Of a stretch of DNA of 64,000 nt, positions 40,588 through 49,606 are shown piece after piece; position 1 is the stretch's first letter; the number at the start of each line of letters is the position of its first letter. Made by a program: the position numbers and the translations under genes. The stretch comes from an uncultured bacterium. Its GTDB lineage: Bacteria > Hinthialibacterota > Hinthialibacteria > Hinthialibacterales > Hinthialibacteraceae. The DNA is taken from positions 180-64,179 of the forward strand of contig CAYQOX010000027.1 of NCBI GenBank assembly GCA_964419335.1. Direction: 5' to 3'. The notes below the pieces were generated by a model, which had not been told where the DNA came from, ran no database searches, and saw nothing but the letters and a program-made list of their open reading frames with translations.

Positions 40588-41207
40588 TCAACCGCCCCTT
40601 TCATGGACAGTTTCTCTGCGTCCATTAACTCACGGGCTTCCTCAGAACTTAGAATTCCCTTGCTCTCCAGCATCTGGATCATTGTGGCGATCATACAACT
40701 ATTCGCATAGAGAATTTCCCCTGTTTCGAACTTGCTCTTAAGTTCTTCTGCCGTTACAGCCCCTGATTCCAACTTTTCATCCGTTTTTTCTTTCACAGGG
40801 GAGAGCGGTATCGAGGTGGGTTCCGCATTCGTCGCCAAAGATTTTTCCTCGGGAATCTCTTTTGGCGCCGCTTTTTCAAACGCATGCACCGCTTCCGCTT
40901 TGGATGCAAAGATATCGAATATTTCAAATATACGATTTTGCTTCAAGTATTGAAGAACAGCGCGCTGGGGCTTGATCATCTTGATATCACCGCCCCCAGC
41001 GCGTATCTCTTTCAAATTGGAAATCAGTAAACTTACTGTTTGACTGCCAATAAAGCGAATCGATTGGACATCCAAGATAATCTTAAAAAGATTTCTTGAG
41101 GCTAACCCTTTGATGGCCTTGTCCAAACCTTGGTTTCCTCGGCTGTCCAACTCACCCACCAAGGTCAACACCGCAATGTTACCGATCAATTCCGTTTCAA
41201 TTTTCAT
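40584..41207 (-). CDS. STAS-domain protein with C-terminal extension
   Basis: LVGELD...ILDVQSIRFIGS...GGDIK; extra ~95 aa ending MLESKGILSSEE. Confidence 0.8.
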   Translation of the reverse strand: MKIETELIGNIAVLTLVGELDSRGNQGLDKAIKGLASRNLFKIILDVQSIRFIGSQTVSLLISNLKEIRAGGGDIKMIKPQRAVLQYLKQNRIFEIFDIFASKAEAVHAFEKAAPKEIPEEKSLATNAEPTSIPLSPVKEKTDEKLESGAVTAEELKSKFETGEILYANSCMIATMIQMLESKGILSSEEARELMDAEKLSMKGAVE

Positions 41208-41268
41208 AGGGCCTACAAAGTACGTTGAGTCGCATGTCTTTCGACATGATTCACACCGGCGTCCAATT

Positions 41269-41439
41269 TCATTTCTTCTCTTCCCGTGATAAGGGCTCTT
41301 CTTCCTGAGATTCCTTCATCTCCTTAATTCCCAAAAGAAGAGATTTCCCCATCTCGGGTATACACCTCCACCCGGATAGAAGAAAGACCGTCACCACCAG
41401 CAAGCTCAGAACGATTGGACCGCCCAATGCTATACTCAT
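41269..41439 (-). CDS. Divergent TatA-like small protein (56 aa; not in the ORF track)
   Basis: Manual translation MSIALGGPIVLSLLVVTVFLLSGWRCIPEMGKSLLLGIKEMKESQEEEPLSREEKK; shares PEMGKSLxLGIKExK with the adjacent TatA. Confidence 0.65.
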   Translation of the reverse strand: MSIALGGPIVLSLLVVTVFLLSGWRCIPEMGKSLLLGIKEMKESQEEEPLSREEKK

Positions 41440-41445
41440 TGTATT

Positions 41446-41676
41446 TTAGGATTCCTTCGCGGTCTCTTCTTCTTTCTTTCCTTCGATCTTCGACGTTTTT
41501 TCTTTCTCTTTTTCTTCTTCTTCTTCGAGATCGTCGGTGACAGAAGTGAGGGATTTCTTAAATTCCTTGATACCTAAACCCAAGGATTTCCCCATTTCTG
41601 GCAGCCGCTTGGCTCCGAAGACCAGAAGAATGAATAACGCGATGATGATGTACTCCGTCATTCCTATGTTATACAT
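41446..41676 (-). CDS. tatA: Twin-arginine translocase subunit TatA
   Basis: IGMTE...LVFGAKRLPEMGKSLGLGIKEFKK. Confidence 0.95.
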   Translation of the reverse strand: MYNIGMTEYIIIALFILLVFGAKRLPEMGKSLGLGIKEFKKSLTSVTDDLEEEEEKEKEKTSKIEGKKEEETAKES

Positions 41677-41813
41677 ACTCGTAACTCCCTTCTGAGGAAT
41701 AAAAATAGTTCTTCCTCATTTCAAGATCATCATACTCACAGCACTACAAGAGTCAAGGATTTAGTTGAGAATGTTTTCCTATTAAATAGGTTAATGCGAG
41801 CAAATAGAGTAGA

Positions 41814-42647
41814 TTAAAAAATTCTCCGCACCCCCACTACGCCTAAAAAACACGTCCCCGCAACCATCACAATCATGGGGCCAGCCGGTAAATCGAATGA
41901 ATAACTCGCTCCCATCCCTACCACAATAAATCCTGCACAAAAAACAATCGCCCAAATCATCATCTGCCACAACCGCCGTGTAAACTGACCGGCGGTTGCC
42001 GCCGGCAAGGTCAACAAAGCGATAACCATAACAATCCCCACCACCCGCACCAGCAAAACAATCGTCAACGCGGTAAGACATAGCAATAATTGATAATAAA
42101 ATTCCACCCGAATCCCCCGCAACCGGCTGAATTCCTCATCAAAACAAACAGCCAAAAAATAATGATAACAAACCAAACTGATACCCACGACCACAAAATC
42201 CAATCCCGCCACCATCCACATATCTTTTTTCGTTATCAATAATATATTGCCAAACAAATAACTCATGGGATCCACATAGCCCGGAGTCTTCGCCAAAAAC
42301 AACACCCCGATCGCCATCCCAATCACCCACAACGCCCCGATCACCGTATCTTCCCTTTCTTTCGCATAAAGGCTCACCCACCCGATCACCAGCGCAGATA
42401 GAAGCGCCGCCGCAATCGCCCCCGCCATAGGATGACTCCACGCCACATTCTGCGCATGCTTTAAATACAAAGCCACCCCGATCCCCCCCAAAACACTATG
42501 CGCAATCGCTCCCGCAAGATAAGAAATCCTCCGGGCAACCACAAAACTCCCCATAATCCCAAACGAAACACTCGCCAACAATCCCACCACCAAGGCATAA
42601 AACAAAAAGGGCATATCCGGATTCAACAACGCTTGCAAAAATTCCAT
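41814..42647 (-). CDS. znuB: Zn/Mn ABC transporter permease
   Basis: AIAHSVLGG, YLFGNIL, FDEEF, VGIVMVIALLTLPAA. Confidence 0.92.
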   Translation of the reverse strand: MEFLQALLNPDMPFLFYALVVGLLASVSFGIMGSFVVARRISYLAGAIAHSVLGGIGVALYLKHAQNVAWSHPMAGAIAAALLSALVIGWVSLYAKEREDTVIGALWVIGMAIGVLFLAKTPGYVDPMSYLFGNILLITKKDMWMVAGLDFVVVGISLVCYHYFLAVCFDEEFSRLRGIRVEFYYQLLLCLTALTIVLLVRVVGIVMVIALLTLPAATAGQFTRRLWQMMIWAIVFCAGFIVVGMGASYSFDLPAGPMIVMVAGTCFLGVVGVRRIF

Positions 42648-43402
42648 TAAGCAGACTCCTTGGGATTCAAAAACTTATGATCATGCCGCACCATCACCAC
42701 ATCCTCTTCATAAATGTCCTGAATCATCTCTCCCGTCAATTCACTCGTGGGATGCTTTACCACTTTTCGATTCACACATATCACACTTGCAAAAATTCGC
42801 GATACGATCCCTACATCGTGCGAAATCATCAACACCGTCATTCGCTCGCTAATGCTTTCTAAAATTTCCAACAAGCGCGCCTCAAAGCGGAAATCCACAT
42901 TCGCCGTGGGTTCATCGAGCAATAAAATCTCCGGTTGGGAGGACAACGCCCGCGCAATCAGCACCCGCTGCCTCTCACCGCCGGATAGTTCCGCAAACAA
43001 ACGGTCCGCCAATGGGGTTAGTTGCATTTCTTCCAGCGCTTCTTGCGCCGCTTGATAATCTTCCTTCGTGTAAAAACCACCCCAGCGCCTCCCCAAACGT
43101 CCCATCAACACCACTTCCATAACGGATATGGGAAACTGAACATCATAATGCATGAATTGCGGCACATAGCCCATCTCTTGGCGTGCTCGCACCGGTGTTT
43201 TCCCTAAAATCCGGATTTCTCCCCGGTCCGGCGCATGCAACCCCAGCATGAGTTTAAATAATGTCGTTTTCCCTCCTCCGTTGGGGCCAACGATACTTAC
43301 AAATTCCTTCTCATGAATCTGAAACGAAACCCCTTCCAGAACTCTTTCTGATTCATACGCGAAAGTAACATCTTGAAATGAGATAACCGGTTGCTCCTTC
43401 AA
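42647..43402 (-). CDS. znuC: Zn/Mn ABC transporter ATPase
   Basis: GPNGGGKT, LSGGERQR, LLDEPT, SHD. Confidence 0.92.
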   Translation of the reverse strand: MKEQPVISFQDVTFAYESERVLEGVSFQIHEKEFVSIVGPNGGGKTTLFKLMLGLHAPDRGEIRILGKTPVRARQEMGYVPQFMHYDVQFPISVMEVVLMGRLGRRWGGFYTKEDYQAAQEALEEMQLTPLADRLFAELSGGERQRVLIARALSSQPEILLLDEPTANVDFRFEARLLEILESISERMTVLMISHDVGIVSRIFASVICVNRKVVKHPTSELTGEMIQDIYEEDVVMVRHDHKFLNPKESA

Positions 43403-43416
43403 AAGAACATCCTTTC

Positions 43417-44283
43417 TTAACGCTGGAAAGATCGCTCTATTTCCTCCGCCATCTCCAGCAGATTGGTTAATACATCTTCCCTCAAAGGATCGATAGACAC
43501 CACCGCCCCATCGATCGCAGAAGCAATCGCCTCGGCGCTCTTCGTATCGAACTGCGGCTGCACAAACAGAATCCGCACATTCTCTTCTTTGGCTGTTCGG
43601 ATATATTCATCCAATTGCCTCGTCGTGAAGGATTTCCCTTCTATCTCAAGATAAACCTGCTCTAAACCATACGTTTCTCCAAAATAACCAAACGCCGAAT
43701 GATAAACATAAAATCTCTCACCCTCATAAGGCCGCAAACGTTGCTGGATTTTCTCATGAACCTCTTCCACCTCCTCCAAGAACGCCTGCACATTTTTCTC
43801 ATACTCTTCCTGATTCGCCGGATCCCTCTCTTTCAAAACATTGGCAATATGGATCGCCATGGTTTTTATCAATGGCGGTGCTAACCACACATGGGGATCC
43901 AAATCTTCCTCATGCTCATGCCCCTCATGCTCGTCATGAGCTTCGAAATCTTTTTTCTCCATCCCTTCGGTCACATCCACCACCAACAAATCTTCTTTCA
44001 ATTCCAACTTCTCCAAAATCATATTCTCAAAGGGCATATCCATTCGCAAAAAAAGATCCGCTTGACTGACCTCCATAATCTGCCGCGGATTAGGTTCAAA
44101 CGTATGAGGATTCTCTCCCGGCTTAATCAACAAATGCGTTTGCACCCATTCCCCGCCTACACGCTCTACAAAATACTCCAAAGGCGGTATCCCTACCACG
44201 ACATCCAACCCCTCCCCCTCTTCGGGTAAGGGACTACACGACATAACCAACAATGACAAACCCAAAAAAAGCACTTCTCTCAT
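43417..44283 (-). CDS. znuA: Zinc ABC transporter substrate-binding lipoprotein
   Basis: Lipobox LVMSC; NPHTFEP; His-rich loop HDEHEGHEHEE; DPHVW; YHSAFGYF. Confidence 0.92.
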   Translation of the reverse strand: MREVLFLGLSLLVMSCSPLPEEGEGLDVVVGIPPLEYFVERVGGEWVQTHLLIKPGENPHTFEPNPRQIMEVSQADLFLRMDMPFENMILEKLELKEDLLVVDVTEGMEKKDFEAHDEHEGHEHEEDLDPHVWLAPPLIKTMAIHIANVLKERDPANQEEYEKNVQAFLEEVEEVHEKIQQRLRPYEGERFYVYHSAFGYFGETYGLEQVYLEIEGKSFTTRQLDEYIRTAKEENVRILFVQPQFDTKSAEAIASAIDGAVVSIDPLREDVLTNLLEMAEEIERSFQR

Positions 44284-44561
44284 TTCTTTTCCCCCTGTTC
44301 TTCCGCACATACAATATGGGTCGCGTTGCAATCCTCACATCGCTCAACAAAATGGGTTCGCGAAAATTCTTCCCAATGTTTACGCTGATTTGGCGCAAGC
44401 ACCCCCGTCCCCAAACACAAAGGACATACATTCTCCAACGCATTCAAAATCGCTGTGCGAATAAACGCCGATCGATTGGTTATCCCCTCCATCGCCTGAG
44501 ACAGAGATTCATCCACCTTAAACGTTATTATTTCTTGTTTTCTCTGAGACATAAACGGCAT
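44280..44561 (-). CDS. Ribbon-helix-helix (CopG-like) regulator with a Cys/His-rich C-terminal domain
   Basis: IITFKVDESL...NRSAFIRTAI RHH pattern; CPLC, H, H, CEDC, H, C; overlaps the znuA start by 4 nt; RBS GGAGG. Confidence 0.8.
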   Translation of the reverse strand: MPFMSQRKQEIITFKVDESLSQAMEGITNRSAFIRTAILNALENVCPLCLGTGVLAPNQRKHWEEFSRTHFVERCEDCNATHIVCAEEQGEKK

Positions 44562-44586
44562 ACCTCCCACGCCTTTCTCTATAAAA

Positions 44587-44612
44587 GTATTACTTTGTAT
44601 TACAAATAATGC
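44587..44612. promoter_or_regulatory. Palindromic operator candidate upstream of the RHH regulator-znuABC operon
   Basis: GTATTAC twice; TTTGTA-T-TACAAA perfect inverted repeat; outer GTATTA...TAATGC. Confidence 0.55.
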
Positions 44613-44673
44613 AAGGGGATTTCTTCCAAAACTTGAGCTCAATACTAGGGTTCATTCTTAAAAAAAGTTATAA

Positions 44674-45180
44674 TTGGATGAATCTCAAAGGAACAGAACA
44701 ACCTTGATACTCAACGTCAATATCTCTGACATGAAAATATCGAAGAACAGGGAAGATATCATCATCACTTCTTCCCTCGGCTCGTGTATTGGCGTCACTC
44801 TCTATGATCCAACCCAGGGTATCGGGGGCATGTTGCACGCGCTTCTCCCCCTTTCGAAATCCAATCCTCAACGCGCTCAGCAAAATCCTCATATGTTCGT
44901 GGACTCCGGGTTCGAATCGCTGTTACATGAAATGCTTCGCATGGGAGCCGATAAAAAAAAAATGATCTGTAAAGTAGCGGGAGGCGGCCAATTCCTTGAC
45001 ACCAAAGGCGTCTTTAAAACCGGTGAAAAAAACTTCACCGCCCTGCGTAAGGTGCTTTGGAAAAAGAATATCCTCATCGCAGGCCAAGATGTTGGCGGCC
45101 AAATACCTCGCACCCTGATTCTTAACCTCAACAACGGAGAAACCCTTATCCGTGTCCATGGAAAGGAAACTCCACTATGA
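44674..45180 (+). CDS. cheD: Chemoreceptor glutamine deamidase CheD
   Basis: TSSLGSCIG, GMLHALLP, KVAGGG, DVGG...RT. Confidence 0.9.
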   Translation: MDESQRNRTTLILNVNISDMKISKNREDIIITSSLGSCIGVTLYDPTQGIGGMLHALLPLSKSNPQRAQQNPHMFVDSGFESLLHEMLRMGADKKKMICKVAGGGQFLDTKGVFKTGEKNFTALRKVLWKKNILIAGQDVGGQIPRTLILNLNNGETLIRVHGKETPL

Positions 45181-46019
45181 TCGATCGAGCCACCATCCTG
45201 CAAGAGATGAATACACTCCAGCCCTTCCCGGCCTATACCCGCCGCATGATCGAACTCGGTTGTTTTGAGGGGAACTCCCCCCAAGAAATAATCGATGCGA
45301 ACCGCACCACCGAGACCGCGTTTGCGGAAGCCCTGAAACTTGCCAACTCTCCCTATTTTTCCCAACACCCATTCTCGAGTCTTGATGATGCCCTCACCAC
45401 TCTCGGCCCCGCCCGCTGTAGCCAAATTCTTCTAGCCGCTGCCGTCGTCGCTTGGAGCCGCCACTACATCCAACCCCAAGACTCCCAACAATGGCGCTTG
45501 TTCGACCATTGCCTCGCAGTAGGCATCGGGGCTGAACGCCTATGCCAAGAACTTCAGCGGGATCCTCCAAACCACCTCTTTCTTCTCGGCTTCCTTCATG
45601 ATATCGGCAAAGTCATTTTTGAAGGCTGTCTGAAAATCCAATCCAAACCGATTATCGATTTATCCTTGGAAAAGAACATCCCCGTCGATGAAGCCGAACG
45701 GCAGCTGCTAGGCATCGATCATATGGAAGCGGGAGCCATCCTCCTGCGGATGGGACATTTTCCAGAAGAATTTATCGAGGTGATACGTTGGCATCATCTC
45801 CCCGACTCCTTAGATCCACCGCCCTTCGCCCTCGATCTCGTCCATACCGCCGATGTGCTCGCCCTGCTCATGGGGATTGGCCCAGAAAGTGAAGGCTTAA
45901 ATTATCGTACCTCCAAAAACACGGAAACCCGCCTTGCACTTAGAAACCGCAATATCGAAAATGTTCTATGCCAATTAAACGACGACATGGAACAAACCTC
46001 ATCGCTTTGGAAAACCTAA
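45177..46019 (+). CDS. HDOD-domain protein
   Basis: LKLANSPYF, GFLHDIGKV, ERQLLGIDHMEAG, RWHH. Confidence 0.88.
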   Translation: MIDRATILQEMNTLQPFPAYTRRMIELGCFEGNSPQEIIDANRTTETAFAEALKLANSPYFSQHPFSSLDDALTTLGPARCSQILLAAAVVAWSRHYIQPQDSQQWRLFDHCLAVGIGAERLCQELQRDPPNHLFLLGFLHDIGKVIFEGCLKIQSKPIIDLSLEKNIPVDEAERQLLGIDHMEAGAILLRMGHFPEEFIEVIRWHHLPDSLDPPPFALDLVHTADVLALLMGIGPESEGLNYRTSKNTETRLALRNRNIENVLCQLNDDMEQTSSLWKT

Positions 46020-46035
46020 GCAGGAGAATAATCGT

Positions 46036-46413
46036 ATGGCCTTTAATATTCTCATCGTAGATGATTCTCGTATTGTTCATGCCGTCATCGAAAAATCACT
46101 GGGCATGGCCCAGATTGCAACCGATGAAATTTACCATGCTATGAATGGAAAGGAAGGCTTAGAATTGCTCTCTCAAAAAGACATCCACCTCGTCATTTCT
46201 GATATTCATATGCCCGAGATGGATGGGGTGGAAATGATCAACACCATGTGGAATGATGAGAGACTCAAACAGATTCCCGTAGTGGTCATCTCCTCCGAAG
46301 GAGGAAAAAAGCGAATCGACGAAATCAAGAGCCGCGGCGTTAAAGGCTTTATCCGCAAACCCTTTACCCCGGAAATGATTCAAGAAATGTTCGAAAAGGT
46401 GATCCATGAATAA
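46036..46413 (+). CDS. Single-domain response regulator (CheY-like)
   Basis: IVDDS, SDIHMPEMDG, KPFT. Confidence 0.9.
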   Translation: MAFNILIVDDSRIVHAVIEKSLGMAQIATDEIYHAMNGKEGLELLSQKDIHLVISDIHMPEMDGVEMINTMWNDERLKQIPVVVISSEGGKKRIDEIKSRGVKGFIRKPFTPEMIQEMFEKVIHE

Positions 46414-46894
46414 CTTAAACGAATCCCAACAAGAACTCGTTTTCGATGTATTCGAAAACGTACTGGAACAATACTCCTTCCTCTTTTTAGAACGGGTAGA
46501 AAAGGAAGAAATCACTACCGAAGAAAACTCTTTCGCCCGCGCTTCCCTCTCTTTTACCGGTCCAAAAGAGGGACTGCTTTCGCTCACAATTCCCGATACT
46601 CTGGCCATCGAAATGGCAGGCAATGTTTTAGGGATTGACCCCGAAGACGAAAAAGCCCAACAGTACGCCCATGACGCACTCAAAGAATTAATCAACGTGT
46701 TTCTCGGCCAATTGCTAACCACCTTATATGGCGAAAATCAGGATTACGATTTCGGCGTTCCCGTATGCGAAACACTTGATCACGATCAATGGGATCACCT
46801 TCTTAAAGATCCCATCTCCCACGCTTGTATGCTGGATGACTATCCCGCTTTACTTGTCTTTCAAGCCAGCAGTTCTTTGGATTCATTGAATTGA
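46406..46894 (+). CDS. cheX: CheX-family phosphatase
   Basis: FTG...G.L.L; DALKELIN (ExxN motif); cheD/REC context. Confidence 0.75.
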   Translation: MNNLNESQQELVFDVFENVLEQYSFLFLERVEKEEITTEENSFARASLSFTGPKEGLLSLTIPDTLAIEMAGNVLGIDPEDEKAQQYAHDALKELINVFLGQLLTTLYGENQDYDFGVPVCETLDHDQWDHLLKDPISHACMLDDYPALLVFQASSSLDSLN

Positions 46895-47952
46895 ACCGGC
46901 GTCGCATCCTTAATCTTGACAATCTCCGGCAGCAAATCCATAAACAATTCCACCAATCGTGGTTCAAAATGTGCACCGCTCATGCGTTGAATTTCCTGAA
47001 CCGACGCTTCGACCGGCCAAGCCTCTTTATACGGTCTCTTTGACGTAAGCGCATCAAAGACATCCGCGATCGAACAAAGCCGCCCCACCAATGGAATCTC
47101 CTCCCCCTCCAATCCAGAGGGATATCCTTTCCCATTCCAGCGCTCATGATGGGTCAACGCGATCATCTCCGCCAACATAATCAGTTCTGAACGTCCATTT
47201 TCCATTAATCGCGCCCCAATGGTCGTATGGGTTTTCATAATCTCCCATTCTTCAGCATTCAAAGGACCCGATTTCAACAAAATGTTATCCGGGATTCCAA
47301 TCTTTCCAACATCATGCATCGGCGTTGCATGAAGAATCAACTCACACTCCCTCGGGGACATCCCCACCCCTTGGGCTAAAAGACTTGTGTATTGGCTCAT
47401 ACGGCTAATATGAACCCCCGTATCATCATCGCGATACTCGGCTGCCAAACTAAGCCGTTGAATGACTTCCAATTGGGTATCATGCAGTTCTTTCGTTCGC
47501 TTCTGAACCTTACGCTCCAATACCTCATTCTGCCCACGCAATTGCTTATGAAGCAAGCGTATTTCTAATAAATTTCGAATCCGGTTCAATACCTCCGCTT
47601 GATCCAAAGGCTTGCTCAGAAAATCTTTTGCCCCGGCTTCCAGCGCCCGTAACCGTGTCTCCCGGTCCACCTGCGCCGTCAAAACAATAATCGGTAAATA
47701 ATCCTCATATTCAACTTCCCCCAATTGCTTCATGATCTCAAATCCATCCACATAAGGCATCCTTAAATCAAGAAGCAACAGATCCGGCCGTAATTCTTTA
47801 TACATTTCTACCGCTTTACGCGAATCACTCAAACTATGGACCAACGCATAACCATCGAGACTCAACATCTTTTCTAAAAAGAGTAAATTCGAAGATTGAT
47901 CATCGACGATCATAATGGTGACTTGTTTTTTTATCTCAGATGATATAACCAT
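46861..47952 (-). CDS. Response regulator with HD-GYP cyclic dinucleotide phosphodiesterase domain (RpfG-like)
   Basis: REC domain (IVDD, DLRMP, KP); HDVGK; HHERWNGKGYP; RPYK. Confidence 0.92.
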   Translation of the reverse strand: MVISSEIKKQVTIMIVDDQSSNLLFLEKMLSLDGYALVHSLSDSRKAVEMYKELRPDLLLLDLRMPYVDGFEIMKQLGEVEYEDYLPIIVLTAQVDRETRLRALEAGAKDFLSKPLDQAEVLNRIRNLLEIRLLHKQLRGQNEVLERKVQKRTKELHDTQLEVIQRLSLAAEYRDDDTGVHISRMSQYTSLLAQGVGMSPRECELILHATPMHDVGKIGIPDNILLKSGPLNAEEWEIMKTHTTIGARLMENGRSELIMLAEMIALTHHERWNGKGYPSGLEGEEIPLVGRLCSIADVFDALTSKRPYKEAWPVEASVQEIQRMSGAHFEPRLVELFMDLLPEIVKIKDATPVQFNESKELLA

Positions 47953-48122
47953 AGACTCACAAACCCTCCGTTTTGAGTCCCCAAACAAATTACAACAAAA
48001 AAACAAATTCGATCAATTTATACCCCTTATGTTTTACATTGCAAAGAATTTTACCTGTCCACTCTCATTATAGGAAGTGATGAAGAGCGACCAAAAATAG
48101 GTAGGGGTCAGAGAACACCTCT

Positions 48123-48488
48123 TCACAATGATCCCGCTGGAGGCTCCAACTCTTTCAATAATTCTTTCAGATCCTGCATTTCTTTCTCTAATACATACCA
48201 CTCATCAACGATCTTTTCTCGACACGGCTCCTGGCTCCATTGCTCGATTCGCGCCAAACTATGCATATCCAAATCAAGAGCAAACATACTGATCGCTCCC
48301 TTCAACCGGTGCGTCGATTTTCTTATCTGGGCATAATCTGTCGCCTCAATCGCTCGTCTCAAATTCTCCATCATTTCATCCGAGCTCGCAAAAAAAAGCG
48401 CAATCAGCTCATGCAATAATACTTCATCCCCGTTTACTTGCTCCAGCAAACGCTTCTTAATATGCGTAGATTGATTCCCTGAACACAT
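48123..48488 (-). CDS. Stand-alone Hpt phosphotransfer protein
   Basis: GDEVLLHELIALF...THRLKGA. Confidence 0.82.
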   Translation of the reverse strand: MCSGNQSTHIKKRLLEQVNGDEVLLHELIALFFASSDEMMENLRRAIEATDYAQIRKSTHRLKGAISMFALDLDMHSLARIEQWSQEPCREKIVDEWYVLEKEMQDLKELLKELEPPAGSL

Positions 48489-48661
48489 GAGGTAATCCCG
48501 GGAACACCATTTTTGTACTTCTAACGATCGTTTGGCTCTATAAAGTTATTATATCAAACAATTTACACAAACAAAAACGAAAAAGATTTATTGATTTCCA
48601 CTTAAATAAACAATTTTTCCATGGATTTTTTTTATATAAAATCTATCCGCGAGAGGCTCTC

Positions 48662-49588
48662 ATGAGAAAATTCGAACCCATAAAACGAACCTCGGTACCC
48701 GCCCTGGATCAGGTATTAGGTCAACCTTTTCCAGTGCTCGATGACGGCTTCGTTCGCGTCGTCGATTATATGGGCGGCGATGAATCGATCGTTCAAGCCG
48801 CCCGCGTTTCTTACGGCAGAGGAACGAAAAAAGTCCATGAAGATCGCGGGCTCATCCGCTATCTCATGCGCCACCATCATACCACTCCCTTCGAAATGTG
48901 CGAAATCAAACTGCATGTGCGCGTCCCCATGGACTGCTGGCGCCAATGGATCCGCCACCGCACCGCCAACGTCAACGAATACTCCACCCGCTATTCTGTC
49001 GCCATCGATTCCGCCCAACATACGCCGCCCGACCAATGGCGCCTCCAAGCCCAAGCCAACCGCCAAGGCAGCAAGGGAAACCTCCCCCCTGATGAAGGCG
49101 AGAAACTCTCCCAACGGGAAGACGAACTCATCCGCCACGCCCACCAGGTCTACCAAAACCGTCTCGACGCCTCGGTCGCCCGTGAACAAGCCCGTAAAGA
49201 CCTCCCTCTATCCACTTACACCGAAGCCTACTGGAAAATCGACCTCCACAACCTGCTTCACTTCCTTGATCTTCGCATGGAAGAACATGCCCAGTTCGAA
49301 ATTCGCCAATACGCCCGCACCATCGGCGAGAAAATCGTTCAACCTTGGTGCCCCATCACCTGGGAAGCGTTTCTAGACTACCGTTACCACGGCACGACCT
49401 ACTCCCGCCTCGAAAGCCTCATCCTCCAAGCCTTAATCCAACATGATCCCGAAAAAGCGCGTCAACTCGCAGAACAATTCGGTTGGCTTAACTACACTTC
49501 AGAAGGCAAACTAAAACGAAATCGTGAACGCCAAGAACTGGAAGAAAAATGCCTCGCCTTGGGACTCACTCCCCCTTGGCTGTCATAA
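48662..49588 (+). CDS. thyX: FAD-dependent thymidylate synthase
   Basis: QAARVSY, HTTPFE, RHRTANVNEYSTRY, REQAR, HAQFEIR. Confidence 0.96.
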   Translation: MRKFEPIKRTSVPALDQVLGQPFPVLDDGFVRVVDYMGGDESIVQAARVSYGRGTKKVHEDRGLIRYLMRHHHTTPFEMCEIKLHVRVPMDCWRQWIRHRTANVNEYSTRYSVAIDSAQHTPPDQWRLQAQANRQGSKGNLPPDEGEKLSQREDELIRHAHQVYQNRLDASVAREQARKDLPLSTYTEAYWKIDLHNLLHFLDLRMEEHAQFEIRQYARTIGEKIVQPWCPITWEAFLDYRYHGTTYSRLESLILQALIQHDPEKARQLAEQFGWLNYTSEGKLKRNRERQELEEKCLALGLTPPWLS

Positions 49589-49606
49589 CTCATTATAGGA
49601 CTCATC

